Source: Somniosus microcephalus (taxonomy: Eukaryota). From it: a DNA stretch of 64,000 bases. Both the position numbers and the translations under genes were made by a program. Each line of letters starts with the position of its first letter. Within the stretch, counting starts at the first letter, position 1. The notes under the pieces are model-generated. The model had not been told where the DNA came from. It saw only the letters and a list, made by a program, of their open reading frames with translations, and made no database searches. This document shows positions 9,741-21,487 of the stretch, in pieces. Location of the stretch: positions 153,078,001 through 153,142,000 of the forward strand of contig CM126203.1 of the NCBI GenBank assembly GCA_052327205.1, written 5' to 3'.

Positions 9741-12700
9741 AAGGGGAACAGATAGGCGTTTCTGTGGCCGCAAACGTGACTCCAGGATGGTTTGTTGCCT
9801 CCCTGGTGCCAGGGTCAAGGATGTCACTGAGCGGCTGCAGGGCATTCTGGAGGGGGAGGGTGAACAGCCAGTGGTCGTGGTCCACATTGGTACCAACGAC
9901 ATAGGTAAAAAGAGGGATGAGGTCCTGCATCAAGAATTTAGGGAGCTAGGTAACAGATTAAAGGGCAGGACCTCAAAGGGTGTAATCTCTGGATTACTCC
10001 CAGTGCCACGTGCTAGTAAGTATAGGAATGGGAGGATAGAGCAGATGAATGCGTGGCTAAAGAGTTGGTGTAGGGGGGAGGGTTTTACTTTCCTGGATCA
10101 CTGGGCCTGCTTCTGGGAAAGGTGGGACTTGTACAAGTCGGACGGGTTGCACCTGAACCAGAGCGGGACAAATATCCTTGCGGGGAGGTTTGCTAGCACT
10201 GTCGGGGGGGGTTTAAACTAACTTGGCAGGGGGATGGGATACAGAGGGAAGCTGAAATAGGGGGGGATGTGCTGCCAATTATGGAGGAAAAAACAAGTCA
10301 GCTTGGTAGACAGGGCAAATATATAAGGGCAAGGCTGGATGGCATCTATTTTAATGCAAGGAGTCTTGCAAATAAGGTGGATGAACTGAAGGTGTTGATA
10401 AACACATGGGAGTATGATATTGTTGCTATCACGGAGACATGGTTGAGGGAGGGGCAAGACTGGCAGCTCAATATTCCGGGGTACAGAATCTTCAGGCGAG
10501 ACAGAGGGGGAGGTATAAGAGGAGGGGGTGTCGCAATATTAATTAAGGAGTCAATTACTGCAGTAAGGAGGGATGATATATTAGCAGGGTCCTCTAATGA
10601 GGCCATATGGGTGGAGCTTAAAAACAAAAAGGGGGCAAGCACTTTGCTGGGAGTGTACTATAGGCCTCCAAACAGTCAGGGGGAAATAGAGGAACAGATA
10701 TGTAGGCAAATCTCAGAGAAATGTGCAAATAATAGGGTAATAATAATGGGGGATTTCAACTTCCCCAATATTAACTGGGATAGTCAAAGTGTGAAAGGCT
10801 CAGAGGGTGTAGAATTCTTAAAGTGCATCCAGGAGAGCTTTTTGAGCCAGCATGTAGAAAGTCCTACAAGAGAGGGGGCGGTACTGGACCTAATTCTAGG
10901 GAATGTGGCCGGCCAAGTGGAAAAAGTGCTAGTAGGTGAGCACTTTGGTGATAGTGACTATAATATGGTAAGATTTAAGGTGGTCATGGAAAAGGACAGG
11001 GATGGGCCGGAAATAAAGGTTCTAAATTGGGGGAAGGCCGATTTTAATAGGATAAGGCAGGATCTGGCCAAAATGGACTGGGATCAGCTACTTGTAGGAA
11101 AATCCGCATCGGAGCAATGGGAGGCTTTCAGAAGGGAGATTGAGATCATACAAGGGCAACATGTTCCCATAAATGTCAAGAGTGGTTCCAAAAACCACAG
11201 GGAACCGTGGATGTCAGGGGATATACGGGAATGGATTAGGAAAAAAAGGAGGGCTTTTGGTAGATACAAAAGGCTAAAGACGGAGGAAGCCCTAGAGGAG
11301 TACAAAAAGTGCAGGGGGATACTTAAAAAAGAAATTAGGAGATCAAGGAGGGGCCATGAAATAACACTGGCGAGCAAAATAAAGGAAAATCCGAAGATGT
11401 TTTATAAGTATATTAAGGGTAAAAGGATAACTAGGGAAAAAATAGGGCCCATTAGGGACAAAAGTGGCAATCTGTGTGTGGAGCCGGAAGATGTAGGAGG
11501 GGTTCTAAATGAATTTTTTGCATCTGTTTTCACTATGGAGAAGGACGATGTAGACATAGAAATAGAGCGGGGGGACTGTGATATGCTCGAACATATTAAC
11601 ATCGAGAGGGAGGAGGTATTGGCGGTTTTAGCTGGCCTAAAAATGGATAAATCCCCAGGCCCGGATGAAATGTACCCCAGGCTGCTGTGTGAGGCAAAGG
11701 AGGAGATTGCGGGGGCTCTAACACATATATTCAGGACCTCTCTGGCCACAGGGGATGTGCCAGAGGACTGGAGAACCGCTAATGTAGTACCATTATTCAA
11801 GAAGGGTAGTAGGGAAAAACCGGGGAACTACAGGCCAGTGAGCCTAACATCAGTGGTAGGAAAATTACTGGAAAAAATCCTGAGGGACAAAATTTGTCGC
11901 CACTTGGAGAGGCAAGGATTAATCAGGGATAGTCAACATGGCTTTGTCAAGGGAAGATCATGTCTGACTAATTTGATTGAATTTTTTGAGGGGGTGACTA
12001 GGTGTGTGGATGAGGGTAACGCAGTGGATGTGGTATACATGGATTTCAGTAAGGCCTTCGATAAAGTCCCGCACAGGAGACTGGTCAAGAAGGTAAGAGC
12101 CCATGGAATCCAGGGTGCCTTGGCACATTGGATACAAAACTGGCTTAGTGGCAGAAGGCAGAGGGTGATGGTCGAAGGTTGTTTTTGTGACTGGAAACCT
12201 GTGGCCAGTGGGGTACCACAGGGATCGGTGCTGGGTCCCTTGCTGTTTGTGGTCTACATTAATGACTTGGATATGAATGTAAAGGGTATGATCAGTAAAT
12301 TCGCGGATGATACTAAAATTGGTAGGGTGGTAAATAGCGAGGAGGGTAGCCTCAGTCTGCAGAACGATATAGATGGGTTGGTCAGATGGGCGGAACAGTG
12401 GCAAATGGAATTTAACCCGGAAAAGTGCGAGGTGATGCACTTTGGGGGGTCTAACAAGGCAAGGGAATACACAATGAAGGGAAAGACCCTAGGCAAGACG
12501 GAGGGTCAGAGGGATCTGGGTGTGCAGGTACACAGATCCCTGAAGGCGGCGGAACAGGTGGATAAGGTGGTAAAAAAGGCATATGGGATACTTGCCTTCA
12601 TTAGCCGAGGCATAGAATATAAGAGCAAGGAGGTTATGATGGAGCTGTATAAAACACTGGTTAGGCCACAGCTGGAATACTGTGTGCAGTTCTGGTCGCC

Positions 12701-13227
12701 ACACTACAGGAAAGATGTGATCGCGTTAGAGAGGGTGCAGAGGAGGTTCACCAGGATGTTACCAGGGCTGGAGCGCTTCAGCTATGAAGAGAGACTGGGC
12801 AGATTGGGTTTGTTTTCCTTGGAGCAGAGGAGGCTGAGGGGGGACATGATTGAGGTGTACAAAATTGTGAGGGGCATAGATAGGATGGATGCTGAGGAGC
12901 TTTTCCCCTTAGTAGAGGGGTCAATAACTAGGGGGCATAGATTCAAGGTAAAGGGCGGGAGGTTTAGAGGGGATTTGAGAAAGAACTTTTTCACCCAGAG
13001 GGTGGTTGGAGTCTGGAACTCACTGCCTGAAAGGGTTGTGGAGGCAGAAACCCTCACAACATTTAAGAAGCATTTGGATGAGCATTTGAAATGCCATAGC
13101 ATACAAGGCTACGGGCCAAATGCTGGAATATGGGATTAGATTAGACAGGGCTTGATGGCCGGCATGGACACGATGGGCCGAAGGGCCTCTATCCGTGCTG
13201 TATTACTCTATGACTCTATGACTCTAT
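9741..13227 (+). mobile_element. Nested 5'-truncated CR1 LINE (CR1-B) inside CR1-A ORF2
   Basis: Begins in ORF1 esterase sequence (GTDRRFCG), includes ORF1 C-terminus 9787-10221, ends in a (TATGACTC)n tail. Host ORF2 resumes at CAATGG. Confidence 0.95.
10269..13139 (+). CDS. CR1 ORF2p, APE endonuclease + reverse transcriptase, uninterrupted (956 aa)
   Basis: YFNARS, ITETW, GDFN, LDL, SDY (normally SDH), PQGSVLGP, FADD. Confidence 0.95.
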   Translation: MLPIMEEKTSQLGRQGKYIRARLDGIYFNARSLANKVDELKVLINTWEYDIVAITETWLREGQDWQLNIPGYRIFRRDRGGGIRGGGVAILIKESITAVRRDDILAGSSNEAIWVELKNKKGASTLLGVYYRPPNSQGEIEEQICRQISEKCANNRVIIMGDFNFPNINWDSQSVKGSEGVEFLKCIQESFLSQHVESPTREGAVLDLILGNVAGQVEKVLVGEHFGDSDYNMVRFKVVMEKDRDGPEIKVLNWGKADFNRIRQDLAKMDWDQLLVGKSASEQWEAFRREIEIIQGQHVPINVKSGSKNHREPWMSGDIREWIRKKRRAFGRYKRLKTEEALEEYKKCRGILKKEIRRSRRGHEITLASKIKENPKMFYKYIKGKRITREKIGPIRDKSGNLCVEPEDVGGVLNEFFASVFTMEKDDVDIEIERGDCDMLEHINIEREEVLAVLAGLKMDKSPGPDEMYPRLLCEAKEEIAGALTHIFRTSLATGDVPEDWRTANVVPLFKKGSREKPGNYRPVSLTSVVGKLLEKILRDKICRHLERQGLIRDSQHGFVKGRSCLTNLIEFFEGVTRCVDEGNAVDVVYMDFSKAFDKVPHRRLVKKVRAHGIQGALAHWIQNWLSGRRQRVMVEGCFCDWKPVASGVPQGSVLGPLLFVVYINDLDMNVKGMISKFADDTKIGRVVNSEEGSLSLQNDIDGLVRWAEQWQMEFNPEKCEVMHFGGSNKAREYTMKGKTLGKTEGQRDLGVQVHRSLKAAEQVDKVVKKAYGILAFISRGIEYKSKEVMMELYKTLVRPQLEYCVQFWSPHYRKDVIALERVQRRFTRMLPGLERFSYEERLGRLGLFSLEQRRLRGDMIEVYKIVRGIDRMDAEELFPLVEGSITRGHRFKVKGGRFRGDLRKNFFTQRVVGVWNSLPERVVEAETLTTFKKHLDEHLKCHSIQGYGPNAGIWD

Positions 13228-15699
13228 ACAATGGCTAACATTCAAGGAAATAATGCATAATTTGCAACAAACGTATATTCCTCTAGGGCATAAAACCCAA
13301 AAGGAAAAGTGATCCAACCATGGCTAACAAAAGAAATTAAAGCGAGTATTAAGTCAAAGGAGGAAGCTTATAAAGTTGCCAGAAAAAGTGGTCAACCTGA
13401 GGATTGGAATCTTTTTAGAAATCAGCAAAGGGGGACCAAGAAATTGATAAAGAAAGGGAAAATGGAATATGAGCACAAACTGGTGAAAAATATAAAACGG
13501 ATTGTAAAAGCTTCTATAGGTATGTGAAAAGGAAAAGACTAGCAAAGGTAAATGTGGGTCCTTTACAGTCAGAGACAGGAGAATTTATAATGGGGAATGA
13601 GGAAATGGCAGAGAAGTTAAATAAATACTTTGTTTCTGTCTTCACGGAGGAAGACACAAAAAACCTCCCAGAAATACGAGAAAACCAAGGGCGTGATGAG
13701 AATGAGGAACTTAAAGAAATTATTATTAGTAAAAAAAACAGTACTAGCAAAATTAATGGGACTAAAAGTTGATAAATCCCAAGGACCGGATGACCTACAT
13801 CCTAGGGTTTTGAAAGAGGTGGCCATTGGAATAGTGGACGCATTGGTTGTCATCTTCCAAAATTCTATAGATTCTGGAATGGTTCCCGCAGATTGGAGGA
13901 TAGCAAATGTAACCCTGCTATTTAAGAAAGGAGGGAGAGAGAAAATGGGGAACTACAGACCTGTTAGCCTCACATCAGTAGTTGGGAAAATGCTGGAATC
14001 TATTACAGATGCAATAACTGGGCACTTAGAAACTAATCGTGAGATTGGGCAGAGTCAACATGGATTTATGAAAGGGAAATCCTGTTTGACAAACCTATTG
14101 GAGTTCTTTGAGGATGTAACTAGTGGAATAGACAAAGGGGAACCGGTAGATGTGGTGTATCTGGATTTTCAGAAGGCCTTCGATAAGGTCCTACACAAGA
14201 GGTTGGTGAACAAAATTAGGGCACATGGAATTGGGGGTAATATACTAGCATGGATTGAGAATTGGTTAACAGACAGAAAATAAAGAGTAGGGATAAACGG
14301 GTCTTTTTCAGGATGGCAGCTGTGACTAGTGTGGTACCGCAAGGATCGGTGCTTGGGCCCCAGCTATTCACAATCTATATCAATGATTTGGATGAGGGGA
14401 CTAAATGTAACATTTCCAAATTTGATGATAATACAAAGCTAGGTGGCAGTGTCAGTTGCGAAGAGGATGTGAAGAGGCTTCAAGGGGATCGCGACAGGCT
14501 CAGTGAGTGGGCGAGAACATGGCAGATGGAATATAATGTGGATAAATGTGAAGTTATCCACTTTGGTAGAAAAAACAGAAAGGCAGTGTATTTCCTAAAT
14601 GATGAAAGATTGGGGAATGCAGATGCTCAAAGGGACCTGGGTGTCCTTGTACATGAGTCACTGAAAGTGAATGTGCAGGTGCAGCAAGCCATTAGGAAGG
14701 CAAATGGTATGCTGGCCTTCATTACAAGAGGATTTGAGTACAGGAGTTAAGAAGTCTTACTCCAATTATATAGGGCCTTGGTGAGACCACACCTGGAGTA
14801 CTGTGTACAATTTTGGTCTCCTTACCTAAAGAAGGATATAGTTGCCATAGAGGGAGTGCAACGAAGGTTCACAAGATTGATTCCTGGGATGGCGGGACTG
14901 TCGTATGAAAAGAGACTGAGTAAACTAGGCCTGTATTTTCTTCAATTCAGAAGAATGAGAGGGGGTCTCATTGAAGCATACAAAATTATTACAGGGCTTG
15001 ATAGGATGGATGCTGGGAGAATGTTTCCCTTGGCTGGGGAGTCGAGAACCAGGGGCCACAGCCTCAAGATAAAAGGTAGGCCATTTAGGACTGAGATGAG
15101 AAGAAATGTCTTCAGAGGGTGGTGAATCTTTGGAATTCTCTACCCCCGAGGGCTGTGGAGGCTCAGTCATTGGGTATATTCAAAACAGAAGTCGATAGAT
15201 TTCTGACCAGTAAGGGCATCAAGGGATATGGATTTGAGGCAGAAGATCAGCCATGATCTCACTGAATGGCGGGGCAGGCTTGAAGGGCTGAATGGCCTAC
15301 TCCTGCTCCTATTTCTTATGTTCTTATGTTAGGCTGATGAGTCGCTATCACCCATTTTACATGATCGCACAAAGTCAAGATCTAACCCGGTGTGTTAGGG
15401 ATACCACAAGAGGTAATTCACATTTTGACTTGGTAATGGCAAGTGTCCCAAGATAACAGGCTGAGGATGGAAACATTAGTATGTCTGGGCAACAGTGACA
15501 TTAACACAATTACATCTGGTATAATCAGGAATACAACTTTAAAAGGGGCAACTTCAAGTGAATGAGGGAAGAGCTTAAACAATTTAATTGGGGGGGTAGT
15601 ACTCAAGAAAATCTTTAAGGACACATTAACATACATGGAGGTTAAACACATACCAAGTACTAGTAAGTACAGAGTAAACAAATGTGACCCACAATGGAA

Positions 15700-16757
15700 T
15701 AACAAGACAATATGAAGTCAAACAAGTAATAGAGATAAACTCTACAAAGTCTGAATGAAAAACTGAGCAAAATCTCCAAAAGATGTAAAAGAAATGTAGT
15801 TAGAGGAGCAAAGAGGGAAATAAGCGTAGTTGTAAATGTCAAATGCAGCAATAAGAATTTATTCTCGTAATATAGCAGCAAAAGGATTATCAAAAAAAAA
15901 TTAAGATCCCATAAGAATACAAAAAAGGTGGCAACTGATGATGAACTAAAAATAGGTAATGTACTAAATGATTACTTCCAAGAGGGTTTCACTGGGGAAG
16001 ATGCTGGGATCATGGCAACCATCATAGGCACATTTCCAACTAAACTGATTAACTTTGACATCACTTGCATGAAGATCACAGACAGGCTCAAAACCAATGA
16101 ATCCCCATGATATATATCAGAAGGTGCTAAATTAGACTATAGACAAAATCTACAAAATGCTGGCAATCATCATGAATAGCTCAGCAAATACAGGGAAGAT
16201 TCCACCAGATTGGAAATAAGCCAACAATATACCTGTTTTTTAAAAAGGCGGCTTGCCTATTGATACATCCTTTATTTATTTAATGTCTTTTATTTCTTTA
16301 ATGCTTTTTTCTATTACTTGACTGAGATGACAGGCTACATCATCTAACACTGATACTTCCTCTCTGCTTGGTTGTCTGTTTGTTTACATTTCTTCCCTCC
16401 CCTCCTTCATCTGATCTTAATAATATGCTTCTCTGACCTAATTTGTAAGTTTTAAATAAGGGTATAAATGGAAAATGTTGACTTTCTGCTCTATCCACAG
16501 ATGTTGATTAACCAGCTCTGTTTCCAGCTTTTTTTGTTTTATATGCAATATTGAATTGCTGAGCTGATGCAGGATAATAGAACCAGAGGTTATAAATATA
16601 TGTTAGTAAAAAACTAAATTTAGAATAGGTTCCAGTAGTGTAGATTCAGATGTTAAGGGCACTCAAAACTATTGGAACCTAGTCTGAGAGAGAAAGCGGC
16701 TAGACAGACAAGCTTTGAAGGGCCTTTTCTCATCTAGACATTTCTTATGATCTTATA
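15700..16757 (+). mobile_element. Old, heavily decayed CR1 remnant
   Basis: VLNDYF...FTGED; IPPDWK*AN..P.FKKG at ~16200; CR1-like TTTCTTATGATCTTAT tail at ~16741. Confidence 0.65.
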
Positions 16758-17359
16758 CTGAGCTGATTGGTAAAAGGAGTGTGGGAGCACACTTTCGCTA
16801 TAGAACGCCTTCCTATGTCATGTGAACCCTGTTCATGTAACATCATGAATGACAAGTACTGTCCATAGATCACTGTTCATGCTCCTAATGCCACTTGGGA
16901 GAAATATCATCAAATTACTTAAGGAATAGCTCTACAGAAAAGATCTGCTACTAGGCTGACTCAAACCTCAAGTTCTAGAACGTAAAGCACTTGTTCAGGG
17001 ACTTGTTGGAGACTGCAGTCAAAGCACAATTATTTCTACATTTTGGATTAGGGGACAAATCAGTAGAAATCTTTCTTTTACATATATACATGCATATTAT
17101 ATAATATATAAATATATGATTATTAGTTCAGACTTCTATATATGAAATGACTTGAAACAAATGTCTGGCCTTCATTATATATAGATTTATATTTAAACAG
17201 GGCAGGCATTCAGTGGCTTTCCTGCTCCTGAGTGGCTTACTACCACCAGGAAAGAGTGACATGAAGTTTTGTTGCATTATTTAAAAGGCCAGAAATTGAG
17301 AAAGACCTGAAATGGTAGAAGGATGAGAATCATCCGGGCCATCAGCTGAGACACAAGCC

Positions 17360-17572
17360 CTTGGGTTTTCAGAAGCTTCTGTGCCGGTTCTACTGGCAGA
17401 GATAAGGGCAAAGAGGGACCATTTCTTTGGCAAACATGGCAGAAGCCCCAGCAGAGAGTCGTGCAAGCAGTTTGAAAGGAGGTGGCGGAAGCAGTCACCA
17501 ATTCAACCATCCCATGTATGTCAACACAGTGCTGGAAATAGTTTAAAGAACTTACAAGGTAGGCCAAGGTAG
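17360..17572 (+). pseudogene. Decayed Harbinger Myb/SANT-like gene exon
   Basis: FSEASVPVLLAEIRAKRDHFFGKHGRSP...QCWK*FKELTR resembles the Myb/SANT exon at 60277-60513. Confidence 0.6.
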
Positions 17573-19550
17573 GTGAAGTCACAAGTACTCATGCACATCC
17601 TGAAAAATTGCGAGAAGTATGAATCACCTTCATACCTACCATGCCCTCCTAGTGTAAGTGAAGAAAGGGATAAATATTCACAAAGCACCACATGCTGTCC
17701 CTCCCCCAACAACCACAATGCCTTTCCATCGTTCCATCATTCCACTCTGCCTCAACCCAGTGCATAAGACCAAGGATGGTAGTGTTAAACTGAAAAGAGA
17801 AGTGATTGATGCGTAGCCTGCATTTGAAAGCATTCTCAACATGGAATATTTGCAGGCACCTGGGTGAAATTAAATATTGTGTTGACCAAGTGCTGATCTG
17901 TGTTCTTCTTGTGAAGGAAAGGTTTGCCCACAATTAGTAACAAAGAAGTGTCACAGACGAGGGAGGCGGGGTGGGGGGGGAGTTGGTGGCGGGGAGTGAG
18001 GAGATCAACAACTAAGACCACTTAATGCGCGCAAAGAACAAGCTCCTAATTCTACGGCAAACACAGTGGTGAGGCGGCGAGAGATGGGAGTATGGAGGAG
18101 ACCTGCCAGAAACAGGTTAGTAATGGAAGAGATCATCTACAGACATTCACCTCATTTGTAATGACTCCTAACATTGCTTAGTTACTTCTCCTAAATCACA
18201 TGTGGGAGTCTACCCTCCTAAAAATATTCCTTTTGTAACCTGCCTCGGTACTGCACATACAGGTGATCTATTCTCAGAGGCAGTCTGGCACATCCAAAGT
18301 GACCACTCCAATGTCTGAGTCACTAACTCCAACATGGCAGGTTACTTTCTCAAGCACCTGTCCAGATACATGCACTCAGATATAATTAAAGAGACAGTGA
18401 CATGGTGACACACCAAGCACCAGTGAGCGGAAGGAGTGGGAGGGAAAGAGGTGATGCCGGCTGTGCCTCCCTAGAGGTTAGAGACATACCTGCTCTTGGC
18501 TGAGGAACCAAGGGAACCTCCTTTCTCAAGTTGCAGGCAGATTGGTATCTTATAGCACCTCTTCTCCTGCCTGTGTAACTTCTTCATGATCCTGGGGATG
18601 GAGGACTCCACCATATTTGTCCGAGCACCTCAAATGAGACTTCAGTTTTCCAATAATCTGCTCTATCACAAGTCTTGTTGTTCCTCATTATATCTGTTGT
18701 GACCCCCTGATTGCAAATGACTTACAAGAGTCATCAGCCATGAATGCATCAAATATCCCTGATCACCAATCAATCATCCCAATGTATTGGGTTGAGTCAT
18801 CAAAGCTGATATAGTGAAGAATAAAAATCATGACAGCTATCAGTGTAGCGGGCATAGACTTGCAAGATCAGGTGATTTGTATCACACATTAGGTGGACAT
18901 TCATCGATTGAAAGCCCCTCCTATTAATAAAATTCAGGGGTGCTGTCATTGGGGGGCCTTCAAGGCCATATGCATGCCATCAATTGTGTCTCCCAAAACA
19001 AGTGTTCTACTCGGAGCTCCGACACGGCAAGAGAGCCCCAGGTGGGCAGAGGAAATGCTTCAAGGACACCCTCAAAGCCTCCTTGAAAAAGTGCAACATC
19101 CCCACCGAAACCTGGGAATCCCTGGCCCAAGACTGCACAAAGTGGAGGAGAAGCATCCGGGAAGGCACCGAACACCTCGGGCAGGATTTTCATTGGGCTG
19201 TGGAGGCGGGATTGGAGGCGTGTGGGGGTTAATCTCGCGAAATCGGGTGGCACGAACCCATCCCGCCCCCAACCCGCCTCCATGCCAGTTTCAAAGGAGG
19301 CGGATACCCGACCTGTGCTGGGAGCCGCCTCCCCGAGGCGTGAAGGGGATTAGGTAGTTAACGGGCAGTTTATAGCCTAATCACTATTTTTATGCCTGAA
19401 GTGTGGGATTCCCGATGGCTCCAAACCACGCCAAGTTAGTGAGGCGGACCGTCGGGCTGAAGGGCTTGGAGGGTTCAAGATGTCCGGTGTTCAGGTGAGT
19501 GATGGGTGCATGAGTTCAGAGGTAAGTGTGTTTGTTGTGTCTAAAGTGTT

Positions 19551-19670
19551 TAAAGAAGTTTTACTTACCTTTACTTCCCTTAAAGAAGTTTTACTTACCT
19601 TTACTTCCCTTAAAGAAGTTTTACTTACCTTTACTTCCCTTAAAGAAGTTTTACTTACCTTTACTTCCCT
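19551..19670. repeat. Perfect 30-bp tandem repeat x4
   Basis: TAAAGAAGTTTTACTTACCTTTACTTCCCT repeated four times. Confidence 0.97.
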
Positions 19671-20153
19671 TTACAGCCTTCCTTCCTTCAGGTCTCAGAG
19701 CGGCGGCAGCGGCGAGGACCAGGTAGGCCTCAGAGCGACGGCAGCGGCGGACCTGCAGGAGACGAGGCAGCCAAGCGGTGGTGATTTAAAGCAGTGGCGA
19801 GGACCAGGTAGGCCTCAGAGCGGCGGCAGCGGCGGACCTGTGGGAGACGAGGCGGCCGAGCGGCAGTGATTTAAAGCAGCGGCGAGGACCAGGTAGGCTT
19901 ACTAATCTCCGAGCTCAGAGGGAGGGAGAGAAGTAAAAAGTAATCGAAGTGTGATGTCACCAGAAAGCAGGTAAATGATTGGTTGGTGAGTATTTCTCTC
20001 TTTTTAAACTTTAACTCTGTGGTTTATAGTTTTTAAGGTCTCTGTGGTGTAGCGGGGACTGTTAGTAAACCAGGGCCCTTAAATATATCATTTAACTGTA
20101 GTGTAATTGGTGGCATTGATTTGATTTAATTTAATTGCAATTAATTAAAGGGT

Positions 20154-20527
20154 TGTAGGAACGTGGGTTCCTAACTAAAAGACTGAGTTCTACTCAGGCG
20201 ATCAAACAAAACGAACTTTAATGAAACAAACAGGTTTTAACAAGAAACTGCAGGATAACATAGAATGTAGGTCTGCTCTCTTTGGAGGCTCCACGAGGAC
20301 TGCCTCTGCAGTCCCGTGGCTGATGTCATGACGTCATGACGTTCTCCCGCCAGTGGGGAATCACGTGATGAATGGCGTGATGTCATCACGTTTTAGCCGC
20401 GCTGTTAAAGTAACCACGCTCTGTACAGTTAAACAGCATAAATAAAGATACAGACTCAGGCTGTAGCTAACATGTTGTTAAAGGAATTATATACAAATGA
20501 TCTGAGTCCTTTGGTGGCTCCGCCACA
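20154..20527 (-). mobile_element. Solo LTR (374 bp), Gypsy-like, in the CR1-C 5' UTR
   Basis: TG...CA termini; 4-bp TSD GGGT (20150-20153, 20528-20531). Orientation inferred from ATTAAA on the - strand. Confidence 0.85.
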
Positions 20528-20536
20528 GGGTAAGTC

Positions 20537-21487
20537 ATGGCAGGAGAGCCCGGTCCCATGGTATGCTCCTCCTGCGCTATGTGGGAACTCAGGGACACTT
20601 CCTGTGTCCCTGACAACCATGTGTGCAGGAAGTGTGTCCAGCTGCAGCTACTGGCAGACTGCATTGCGGTGCTGGAGCTGCGATTGGATACGTACTGGAC
20701 CATTTGCGATGCTGAGGACGTCATGGATATCACGTTTAAGCAGTTGGTCACACCGCAGGCAAAGGTTGGACAGGCAGAAAGGGAAGGGGTGACCAACAGA
20801 CAGAGTAGTAGGCGCAGGCAGTTAGTGCAGGAGTCCCCTGTGGACATCCCCCTCTCAAACAGATATACCACATTGAATACTGTTGAGGGGGATGGCTTAT
20901 CAGAGGAAGGCAGCAGCAGCCAACTTTCTGGCACCAGGGGTGGCTCTGCTGCACAGGACGGGAGGAAAAAGAGGGGTAGAGCTATAGTAATAGGGGGTTC
21001 TATTGTAAGGGGAATAGATAGGCGTTTCTGTGGCCGCAAACGAGACTCCAGGATGGTGTGTTGCCTCCCTGGTGCAAGGGTCAAGGATGTCTCAGAGTGG
21101 CTGCAGAACATTTTGGAAGGGGAGGGTGAACAGCCAGTTGTCGTGGTGCATATAGGTACCAACGATATAGGTAAAAAACAGGATGAGGTCCTAAAAGCTG
21201 AATATAGGATGTTAGGAGGTAAATTAAAAAATAGGACCTCAAAGGTGGTAATCTCAGGATTGCTACCAGTGCCACGTGCTAGTCAGAGTAGAAATAGAAG
21301 GATATTTCAGATGAATAAGTGGCTACAGGAATGGTGCAAGGGGGAGGGATTCAAATTCCTGGGACATTGGAACCGGTTCTGGGGGAGATGGGACCAGTAC
21401 AAACCGGACGGTTTGCACCTGGGCAGGGCCGGGACCGATGTCCGAGGGGGAGTGTTTGCTATTGCTTTGGGGGAGGGTTTAAACTAA
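20537..21487 (+). CDS. CR1 ORF1p (zinc finger/zipper + SGNH esterase)
   Basis: CSSC...HVCRKC, GGS (GDS variant), GTND, DGLH. Confidence 0.92.
   Translation: MAGEPGPMVCSSCAMWELRDTSCVPDNHVCRKCVQLQLLADCIAVLELRLDTYWTICDAEDVMDITFKQLVTPQAKVGQAEREGVTNRQSSRRRQLVQESPVDIPLSNRYTTLNTVEGDGLSEEGSSSQLSGTRGGSAAQDGRKKRGRAIVIGGSIVRGIDRRFCGRKRDSRMVCCLPGARVKDVSEWLQNILEGEGEQPVVVVHIGTNDIGKKQDEVLKAEYRMLGGKLKNRTSKVVISGLLPVPRASQSRNRRIFQMNKWLQEWCKGEGFKFLGHWNRFWGRWDQYKPDGLHLGRAGTDVRGGVFAIALGEGLN

Larger units (their letters stand above)
7540..15330 (+). mobile_element. Full-length CR1 LINE (CR1-A); ORF2 disrupted and interrupted by a nested CR1
   Basis: 5' UTR, ORF1 7880-8830, ORF2 fragments ~8857-9740 and ~13228-15240 with stops and frameshifts, (TTCTTATG)n tail. 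Confidence 0.95.
7471..15388. mobile_element. Small (~125 bp) Harbinger-type MITE split by the CR1 insertion (parts 7471-7539 and 15331-15388)
   Basis: 22-bp TIR GGGGTAGATCTTGACTTTATGC vs GCACAAAGTCAAGATCTAACCC (2 mismatches); flanks AGT/GGT. Confidence 0.8.
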
